Assembly: GCA_044892525.1 (NCBI GenBank)
Contig: CM097886.1
Span: forward strand, 183,136,312 to 183,200,311
Reading direction: 5' to 3'
DNA length: 64,000 nt
Source of the DNA: Schmidtea polychroa
Lineage: Eukaryota
In this document: piece after piece, positions 1 to 11,100 of the stretch
Layout: each line of letters starts with the position of its first letter
Numbering within the stretch: the stretch's first letter is position 1
Program-made: the position numbers and the translations under genes
Notes under the pieces: model-generated
The model's database searches: none
What the model was told of the DNA's origin: nothing
What the model saw: the letters and a program-made list of their open reading frames with translations, nothing else

Positions 1-897
1 GGGTATGATGGTCATATCCTCGGTCTAAGGTGGTCCTCAACCTTCTAAGGGTCAAAAACCGTCGAATTTTGTCAAACCTTATAATATAAACATAATTCGA
101 AAAGTATTTAAGAGGCGAATATGATGGTCATACTCTCTAAAGTTTATGGTGGGTCAATAACCTTCAAAGGGTGTCCAAAAAATATATATATCATTCAAAA
201 GGCTTTTGATGGCAAGTTCAAAGGTCATACCTTCGAAGGGTCCAAGGTGCAAAAATTTTAAAATTTTATAATATACATATCAAATAAAAGACATTTGTGA
301 TGTAAGTATCAAGAGCATATTTTCAAAGGTTGATGAAGGGTCCTGAACCTTCAAAGCTATAAAAACCTTGAAGGGGTCAAAAACCTTTAAACTCTTATAT
401 ATTTCTAGAAGGCCTTAACAAGGCATTCTTGCTCCTTGTGCGGTTCATATATCTGGCGCTCCTAAAACCCGAATTCAAAACAGCCTACCATAATAAATAT
501 AATCTTCATGTTGAAAATGATAACTATGTAATCATCTCCAGCTACTATAATAGGTGGTAATGCTCTGAAAATTCTGATGCTAATTTGAAAAAATGAATAA
601 TAGAAGCTTTAAAAATTAAAAAATTTTAGTGTTTAGTTTTGAATTATAGAGAATATTTAATAATAAAAAAATTTTTTTTAATTTTTAAAAATTTTCAAAA
701 AAAAGTTGATTAATTTTAACCAATGAATTAACCAATGCAATGAAATAAAAGAGAAAATCAAAAATCTTTTTAAAAATAGAAGAAACGAAATTCCTGGAAA
801 TTGACAAGGGATATCTTAAAGTGGAAAATCTTTAATTTGTATTAAATATATTATTTGTAGCAAAAAGCTTAAAATATCATTTAATTGTTTAATATTA

Positions 898-1349
898 NNN
901 NNNNNNNNNNNNNNNNNNNNNNNNNNNNNNNNNNNNNNNNNNNNNNNNNNNNNNNNNNNNNNNNNNNNNNNNNNNNNNNNNNNNNNNNNNNNNNNNNNNN
1001 NNNNNNNNNNNNNNNNNNNNNNNNNNNNNNNNNNNNNNNNNNNNNNNNNNNNNNNNNNNNNNNNNNNNNNNNNNNNNNNNNNNNNNNNNNNNNNNNNNNN
1101 NNNNNNNNNNNNNNNNNNNNNNNNNNNNNNNNNNNNNNNNNNNNNNNNNNNNNNNNNNNNNNNNNNNNNNNNNNNNNNNNNNNNNNNNNNNNNNNNNNNN
1201 NNNNNNNNNNNNNNNNNNNNNNNNNNNNNNNNNNNNNNNNNNNNNNNNNNNNNNNNNNNNNNNNNNNNNNNNNNNNNNNNNNNNNNNNNNNNNNNNNNNN
1301 NNNNNNNNNNNNNNNNNNNNNNNNNNNNNNNNNNNNNNNNNNNNNNNNN
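898..1349. other. N-run (452 N), at the position of an (ATT)n tract in copy B
   Basis: Left flank ttgtttaatatta matches B ~30012-30024, where an ATT microsatellite follows; after ~40 extra bp, A resumes B-like sequence (tatagaggaaacc). Confidence 0.85.
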
Positions 1350-2133
1350 AAGAAATAGTTGATGCTTAGGATAAATTAAGGACCCTTGGTTATAGAGGAA
1401 ACCAAATTTATTCTAAAGGTTTTCAATGGGCATCCATTTATTCAATTTGATTATGGCAACATCAGTTCATGAAATTTGAATGATTTGTTGTTTAAATGAT
1501 ATTATAATATTATGATCATTTTATCATTTTATCGTATTATGCTCATAATATTAATTATCACAAGAGGTCAAAGGACACCTCGAGATTACCTTTGGCAGTT
1601 CATTCAAACAAATTGTAAGATGATGTCATCATTGAATTATTTATATAAATAATTGACATATAAATTGTCCATTGTTAATAAGATATTACCAATTATGAAG
1701 GGCACCCCTGAATCTGGCAATAATCAATAATTAGCTAGAAATTGTACTGAAACAATCAATCGGTTCCTTAAATAAATATTTACAATTCTTATTCAATAAA
1801 CAAAATTATTAAATTCATAATTTTATAATATTCAATATTAAATATATAATAAAAATAATTATTTTTAGCTTTGTTTATTAAAACAAAATAATGAAAGAAT
1901 TTGTGCAATAATAAATTGGTAACCATGGCAACACAATCCATGCAATAAAACAAATTATTTATTATGCAATAACTTAATCAAAAATATATAATAGCGATTC
2001 CAAACATTTTTTGTCTTCGGTACCCTTTGATTAGGCCTTCATTCTTTTTAACAAAATATAATCAATAATATATTCAGCACAAATTATCAATAAAATATAA
2101 TCAATTGTGAAAGTCAGTGAAAAATTCAAAAAA

Positions 2134-5100
2134 TTAATTGAAAAACATTTTAGTCCTGGTGACGATGCCAGCCTTACAGAAGGGGCATTCAAATAACTCC
2201 ATGGAGCAAACATTACATGTCAAATGGCCACATTGGAATACAATTTCCACATTATTACCTGAGCAAATTTGGCACATCTAAATTGCAATAAATCAATACA
2301 AATTCATCATATAATCTTACTGGTATTTCCTTATCATGTTCATTTCCTTCATTATCAGGTCTGGCAGTGTTTCTGTGACATTTCTCGATCTCCTCCTTAG
2401 CAACAATGTCTGTGCACGCATCAATTATCCGCTGGCCACGTGACGTCCTCTTATAAATGTCACCGCCCAATGAAATTATCATTTTAATAGCTGAGATTAA
2501 TTTCCTTTTAGAATTTGCCTAGAAATCGATCAATGCGATAAATCAATAATCAATCAATACATTATTGGCAATCGATATTTTCTCCAATAATTGTGTCAGT
2601 GCACATTTGCCGCTTTCATCCTCACCATCGAATTCCTTTGATTCAGTGATCAATGCGTTCACCAGTTCCATTTCTCCCATTTCAATTGCAATTTGGAGAG
2701 GAATTTGATTCCTTATGTTTCGCAACATGACAAATTTCCCTTGATTTACCGAATCCAATAATTTCCATGCAAATTCCATCTTCCTTTCTTGCAATATAAA
2801 TGTGAATAAATTTTCACCGTTTCCAAATGTTCTCGGTGCCGATATTTCCGTTTGTATCAAATGGTCAAATAGCTCGATATCATCACTATATACAGCTTTG
2901 TAAAGGAGATTCTCTATAACCGACTGCTGCAATATGGAACTAGATTTATTGAATAGTAATCTTATTAGGTTAGCTCCACAAATCTCGCATGATTGGAAGG
3001 TATCCTTAGATATAGCTGACCGCAAAAAATTGTCAGGCAAAAGCTCAATCAATGCTTTTGCATATGAGAACCACTGATTTAGGAAAGCCGTTTGAAAATC
3101 ATTTGAAGTGAAATTTGTCAATCTCGGCTGATTGGACACGAGTGCAAGCATTAATCTGATAAATTGATTTATTAATATATTTCAATAAATTCTACTTTTC
3201 ACTTCCAATATTCGATGCCAATTGGAAAACAGTGATCCCATTGGTTGATTTGACATTGGCATCTGCTCCGTGTGCAATCAATATATTTGTGATATCGATT
3301 AATTTATTCAAGTTCTAAAATTGATATTTACAAGCCAATCAAAATATATCATTACATCATCATTGATATCAATTGGTGGCTCGACAAGCATCTCAAACAA
3401 TGGAGTGCTTCTCAAATTGTTAACACTGTCAACCTGTGCTCCAGCATTGAGTAGTGAACTGCACATATTTGGTTTCAGGCATTTCACCGCGAGATGCAGC
3501 AGTGAATTGTTGTCACCATCATGAGCATTCGAACTACTTAAATCGAGTCGTTCGAGAAAACACGGAAAAAGAATTCCATGAAATTTCATTGACAATGTTA
3601 ACGCGTTTTCATAGCAAGTCAAAGAAATTATTGATTGTGCAAATGGAATAACTGAAAATAATGAAATTCATTAATATTAATTGAATCATGTGTCTTTTAT
3701 GGCTCATTACACATCCCATTCATTTACTGCTTTAAAAAAATTGTTAAATTTAAGTTATGCAAAGTGATTTGATCAGTTATTATTAATTTATAATAATAAT
3801 TAAATATAAAAAAATGGGAAAATATTTTTAATTCCAGAATTTAAATTTAAACAAAATAAGTATAACATTAAGAAATGAAAATATTATTTACATTATAAAA
3901 AATCCAATAAATACACGAAAGTAAAAATCTTAAACATTGTGAAACATTGCAAATTCATTCAATTTTTTAAATAGGTCAACTTAAAAATTTATAGATTTTT
4001 CGATTTTCAAGGTTTTAACGAAAGTTCAATATTAATATTGATTACTTTGATTCTCCCGGTAATTTTATGGAATCGACACCAGCGTAATCTGAAACACAGC
4101 TTATGACATTTTATATTTTTGAATGGCAACTAGTGTTTCCAAATTACAATTCTATATTAAATGCGTTTATTCATTGCAACGCTAAAAATCAACACACAGG
4201 TAAGTTTTTATGTTTATATAATATACACGTATTTTTTTTATTTTTACATTATGGATGAGTTTATTCAATGCATCGGGTTTTGTGACAATTTTCTGTGATT
4301 TTCTGTGTATAAAGTTTGTGATTGAATTGAATATTTATGCGCGTTCATTTGATTAATTTATTGTGGGTAATGATTCCAATGGCTGTCTGTCCACAATTAT
4401 ATTTATTAAACCCGATATTATTCTAGCTTTTGTTTTACTATATTGAAATTTAGAATTAAACTTTTTGTAACAATTAATTTATCAAAAATTAAAATTTTAT
4501 TTTTCAGTTTTTGCTATATTTTTACATTTTTATTGGTTAATAAGAATTTGCAATTTTAATTTCAAGCTTTTACAGCAATTCCTGATAAATCTCTTTTTAA
4601 TACTTTTTCAAAATTTAAACTTCTTTGAATAAGCTAAATTATATTTAATTGTTTTATTGAACAATCATGAGTTATTTTCTGGTTTCCTTATAATGATTTG
4701 TGTCTTCCTGGAAATGGTCTCATAGAAATCTGGATTCAACCAGATAAAGATTTTTTCAAGCTGCCATCATAATTATTGTAAGCTTTTTCAATTTGTTTTT
4801 CATTTGTTATTATTGTTATAAATTATTGAATATATGTTTAGGAATTGTGATGGAAGCCTTTATGATACGCTCGTGTATGTGTACTATTTATTGCATGGAT
4901 ACATCTATTTGACCTACTTTTTTAATAACTTTAAATATACATTCCAGCAGAAGACACAAGCCGTTATGATGATGCGAGTCTATGACCTAGATAATATTTG
5001 AGTTAACCTACATAATATATAAGGCCAAAACAGCCTGTCATGATGGAAGCATATCTACTACTTATAGCAGCCTTTATTCATTGGCAACAGGTGTAATCAT

Positions 5101-8100
5101 TGCAGATCCTGATCCTGAACCAATTAAAATATGGATCGCGTCTGTGTGCGCGTTGATTATTTGTTGGGATTGCTTGGTGAGTGCGCATACAGACACGAGG
5201 CAATGTTTGTGTGTTGGTGCTGACTATTTATTATTTGTGGGTTCTGGAAGGACATTATTATTGGTTGTTTGGATGAACTAATTGGATCGCTTTTGAATAT
5301 TGATATTTTGTTTGGTTCATAAAACTTGCTAATGGTTAGGGCTAATAAATCAGGAATGTGCAAAGGTGGATTTGCCGGAGGTGATGCTTCATGAGCTGTG
5401 GTGCTCTCAATTGCTGGGCGCATTCTAGACATGGAGGTTTGACAGATTATTTGATGGCAATACGAACAGGACGATATTACAGGTTTATAACCACAGCGCA
5501 AAGGAGAATTTGTTCGAGATATTAAAGAACAAATGTGTTTCATTGCTCTTGTTGTTGAGCAAGCAATGCAGGCTACTGCTTTATCATCGCTTCCTGATGA
5601 GTTATGAAATACCAGATGATCAATTTATAACCATTGGAAATGAAATATTGAGATGTCCAGAAGCTTTGTTACATCCATCGTTCTTGTGAATGGATATTGT
5701 TGGTATTCAGGAGGCAACTTATGACAGCATTACATTTTCTGCAGGACTAATAAGATATGATTTGATCCTTCCGTAATGCTTCTAGATCAGGGGTGCCCAC
5801 TAATTTTTCTAGGAGCTACATTCACATCCAAAATGTGTATGCGATCTACTTTTTTAATACTTACATAATATTTACCTAAAATGCAATAAATTCATCACAA
5901 TAAAACAAATATATGTCAAAAGATGGAAAATTAAAGTATATAACTATTTATTATAAAAAAATGTAATATAGGAAATCAAATTTAATGAAAATTATTTTTA
6001 TATAGAACTTTTCGATGTTGATGCTCTACATTGGGTTGAATCCACTAGATTTTTGTAGTTTGGGATATAAGTGCTGATTTGATCCTTCCGTAATGCTTCT
6101 AGATGTTCCCGTGGCATTGTAACCAATGACAACAAATCAAACATTTCATTTGGCACTCAAAATAATTATTTCACAGAAATTATTTCTATTTTCTTTAACA
6201 AATTAATTAAAAGTTTTAGTTTGATAAAGTTTCACATCAATACAAGTATTAATATCGAAATAATAAAAGCAGATCGATTGCATATTAATTTAAATTAAAT
6301 CAATTAATTAATTAATCAATTAAATAATAAATAATTTACCATTTTCATTTCCGGAATATCGATTAATATTCTGTAAATAATAGAAATATAAAATTCAAAT
6401 CAAATAAATTGTGACATTTCCTCACCTCAACAGATCTCATAACATCGGCACCCCGGTTCACCAGTTGAGCACAAACATTTATCATCCCTCGAATAACTGC
6501 ACAGTGTAGGCCAGTCAACCCCATCTATATCTCACATAATTATTCAATCAATAATCAACAAATCTCACAAATCCAGCATGATCAATATCAATTGATCGAT
6601 CTATCAAATATTCACAATTGTCCTCCAATCCACTCGCAATCGCCTCATGCAATGGAGTTTGAAAATACTAAATAATGCCAATATATCAATATCAATATTG
6701 AATACTCTATTGAATTACTTTGTTTTGTGTATTGGTATCGATCTCAAATTGCTGCAATACATTGGTGCATTTCCTATGATGCAGCGAATGGGCCAAGGCC
6801 AACGCAGTCCCCATTGTCTACAAATATATTGATTTGATCATTTCAATAAACACATACTTCATTATTTGCATTGATATCTACAATGTCCTGATTATCTAGT
6901 ATAAATTTGGTCATATCGGCATCATTATCAGATATTGCTGTGTGTAATATGGTGAAATTGACCTTGATAATAAATAAAATTAATTATTGATTTTGCATTA
7001 TTCTGATGCACCTTTTGTCGTGATTCCATCAGAATCATTCGTTCTTGTATTTCTTCTTGTATTTCCACGAATCCTTTTTCCTTTGCTTTGTCAATGGCCT
7101 TGATCCATAACTGAATGATGAAATCAATGCTGATTTAATCAATTTCATCTCAAATTAGTTAATAATAATAATAATAATAACAATAATAACAATAATAACA
7201 TAAAACAGGTAAATGATAAGGTAAGCATTTGCTGCAAAATCTTTATTAAGTGAGAAAATTATTTATATAAAATAATTCAATTCGATCTTTCATAATTTTG
7301 CTTCAATGTTGAAATGCTTGCATGATTTCTTTTTAAAATTCATTTCTGATTTTTATTTGTTGAAAATTGATTAATTAAAATTACTGAAATGTAAAGCATA
7401 AAATATTTACGTGTTGACATATTTGAAAATATGTCCTACCAGTCAACTCAGGAAATTATTCACTATAAAATAGCGCTTAAAAGATTTCAAATATCTCAAC
7501 TGGTTCCACTGTAACTGATGTAAGCGCTTAGGAACACTAATCCCCTAGCCATGGGATATATTAGTCGCTATCATATTATTAATATATTATTATCATATCA
7601 GACTATTATCATATTATTAATTTTGATCCCAGAAGTTATTTGTCGGAAACATTTTTAAAAACCTGTTTGTATGTATCCAATAGTAACAAATTATTACTAT
7701 TATTATTATTAGAACTTATTTTAAAAATTTTACCACAGATTTCCATTGACATTATATTTATTTAAAAGCTTGACTATGAATCAGTAAATATATCGATATA
7801 ATTGATATTCACGAATTTTCGACACCGCCTTTTTCAATTGAATTATTATTATTAATATGATTTGACATAATGAAATAACAAAATTCAAAAATGTATTTTA
7901 TCACAATTTTTAATTATTTAAACAAAATTAATATTTTGGTAAATGGTTTTGTGTGATTAATGCTTTTCTAATCACAACAATTCACTCCTCCTAATTTGAT
8001 TGCTCTGCTGGCTATAGACGATCAACTGATAAATTCTCTAATACATAGCTTGAAATATTTTGGCTGCTTTTCTAATAGACGAAACGGACCATTATATGGA

Positions 8101-11100
8101 GCTTCTAATGATTTCCATACATCTTTTCTCATGTACACGAATTCACAATCCTTAATATATTTATTGATCGTCATACAATCTTGCAATGGTCTTTCGATTA
8201 TTCTGAAGCTCTCAATAATTTCTTTAAATTGATATGGAGAAGCTTCTATTTATGAATTAAAAATAATTCCTGGTACAGCAAGATCACATTCAAATGCTTT
8301 TTGTGTCGGAAAATAACCTGCTGAATCCCGACTGTTCCTTATCGTTAACAGTACCTGAGGTAAAACGTCAAACTTTTAATTTACTTTTATTCATTTTATT
8401 AATTTATTATTAATTTTATCCATTGAAGACATTTCTTGAGATTTTAGTGTCTGATGGAATTCTGCAACTTTAAAATTGGCTTGGGAATGATAAGCGCATG
8501 TTTGATTTGTATTTATTCCAAGAAAGTTGAACATATACTGGAATAAAGAGTTTGTAAATTGATCTGTTACAATTTCAGATGGGATTTCATATCGGGAAAT
8601 CCCCACTTCAATTAGTGATTTTGCCACAGTTTCTGAATCTATATATTTAATGGCCAATACCTCAGGGTAATATGTTTGTCTATCGATCATTGGTAGTAGA
8701 TAGGACTTCTCGTTATTTGCTAGGAAGATTTGCAATTCTGCTTTGATATGACGATATACTTTTGATTTTAAGCAGGAATCGCGTTGCTGACACAACATCT
8801 GGACATCCTTTGTCATCTTGTGTCATGTATATGAACTCAACATCAATATCTTGGCCATTCGTATTTCTGGATGAGCGACATATTTGGGTATATAGACAGT
8901 ACTGTGCGAATTAGTGTGAATATGAAATAATTTACATGTTTTATCATCTAGTTATACGACCATGTCAAAATTAGCTCCAGTTTAGTTTTACTGTTCTTAT
9001 ATTTGTTGTGTAATAACGTATTGGAGTTTACAGACGTGTTGTTATAGATAATTTAGTAAATACTATTGTGCTTCCTTTAATTTTTTACTAAGACTATCCA
9101 AACTATTCTAATCTTTGTTTCTTTCTTATTTTAAAAGATGAATGTTTCTCCCAAGAAGAGCACAAAAATTGTTACCTTAAGTGAACACATCAATGTATCA
9201 AAGAGATATTGCAAAGGAGTGTGGTGCGAGTTTAGGAGCTGTAATCAACATTTTAAAACAAAAGAAGGAAGTTGAGACGGTTTAGGCGAATAGAAAAGGA
9301 AAATGTGGAAGGAAGAGGAAGACAATAATAGATGAATTTATAATAGGAGTAAGTAAATTGAATTCTAGAGAAAATAACCAGCAACTTCAGAAAGGCTTAG
9401 CACATGGTGGAGTTATTATTCCCGATTCCACAGCTTGAAAATGGCTTATCAAAGTTAGAACAAGTCTAATAGACCTCAAAAAACAATTATTGAGCTTTGT
9501 TTAAAAAAGTGACAACGAAAACTTTACGACAGCTCATATCAATAGAATCATTAAACGCGATAAGGACGATGTTTTGATCTGGTTATTGTATAAAGGTACC
9601 GGATCCCTTGTGTCGGTTGAAGGCATGATAAAGGCGCTTTGTTTAATTTCTAGAAATATCTTAGCTGTTTTTAAAGATTATAATTTAAAACGGCATTATT
9701 TTCAAAAATATGTTTCCATGTATGATGATTACGACGGAATGTATCGTAAAGATAAAGTAGCTGGACTTAAGGAAAATCTGTTTTCTCAACAAACATTTTT
9801 CAAGAGAATTGTCACTCAAAATTATTCTGTCGTAAAAGTCAGTTATGTGGTAACAAATATAATTGCAAAGAAGTCGAAACCCTTCACAGATCGCAAATTT
9901 ATTAAGTAATGTTTGGAAAGTCTAGCTGACATTATTTGTCCAGATAAAAAATCAGACATATCAAAAATCAGTTTATCGCAACTAACTATAGGAAGACGAA
10001 TTGAAGATATTCAGGACACCTTTGTCCATTGTGAGGCGTTTTGTAATTTGTATTTAAATAATGGTATGATGTTGTGCTTGTTTGATTGTATGCTGAAATC
10101 CTTACTTATACATTGATTATTATTTTTTAGAAACTCCTCAAACAAATTAACGTTATAATTTGTTTTAATAATATTTGTGTTTTTATAATAAACGTGTTTT
10201 AGTTATGGATTCTATTAATACCCGTAGCTCTGTGGCTAATATGGCGACCACGATTGCAAATTTTATCAAGCCACCAGAAACATATGACATGGATTCAGAC
10301 GCATAAATCAGTGGCTGCATTCGGTGACGAGGATCCAGAGGCTGATTTTGAGTACCCAAATGGGAATGCTCCACCACACGAGGAGGTGATCGGAGCAATA
10401 AATTAAAGGTAATTAATGATATGAGTAAGGGTTGTATGATTTTGAATGATTGTGATAGGTTGAATGATTGTGATAGTTTGAATGATAACTGTTGTGATGG
10501 TGTTTTTGATTATAGAAATTATATTAATATATACATTAATAAATTTTGTATGGATGAAGTTTTTAAAGACCCACCCCTAACTTCTAATGAACTAAATGTT
10601 CTTAATCGTGATAAACGGAATGATATAATAGTATACGATAAAATGCAGGGAAGGCCCAGTGTTACCGTAATGATTAATAATATAAAATTAGTATGCCTAT
10701 TAGATACTGGAGCTAAAATAAGTGTGATTGATTATAATATTTTTAAAAAACTTGGAAATTTGAATATGACTACAAGTAATCTGAAAATAAGATGTGCGAA
10801 TGATAGCCCGATTGAAATTTGCGGTAAAACTTTATTAAATGTAAAAGTTGATAAAATTTCTGATATTAAAAAAGTAGAATTCGTTGTAGCCAAAGATATA
10901 AACCCAAAGTTAATAGGAGGTATAGATTTTCTCGAAAGAAACCGTACAGACGAAATAAATACAATTATGGAAAATTCATTTAATAACCACATAAGTGAAG
11001 ATAAGATTATAAATAATTTAATTTCCACGTTTGACGGTATTTTTATGAAACATAAATGGGATGTTGGAAAACCCGAACTATTAAAGCATGAAATACTTAC

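Noticed and set aside
885-1358. ORFs made of X (also 28340-28777 and 62931-63408)
   Set aside because: Artifacts of N-runs.
5157-5543. 128-aa minus-strand ORF (and 34844-35236)
   Set aside because: Largely antisense to the actin pseudogene; no recognisable domain. A faint ASCLYA / GSGSG..TPV actin-fold resemblance nearby is too weak to call.
9574-9909. Novel Tc1-hAT fusion protein
   Set aside because: Chance in-frame junction of two decayed TE fragments; short and lacking complete domains.
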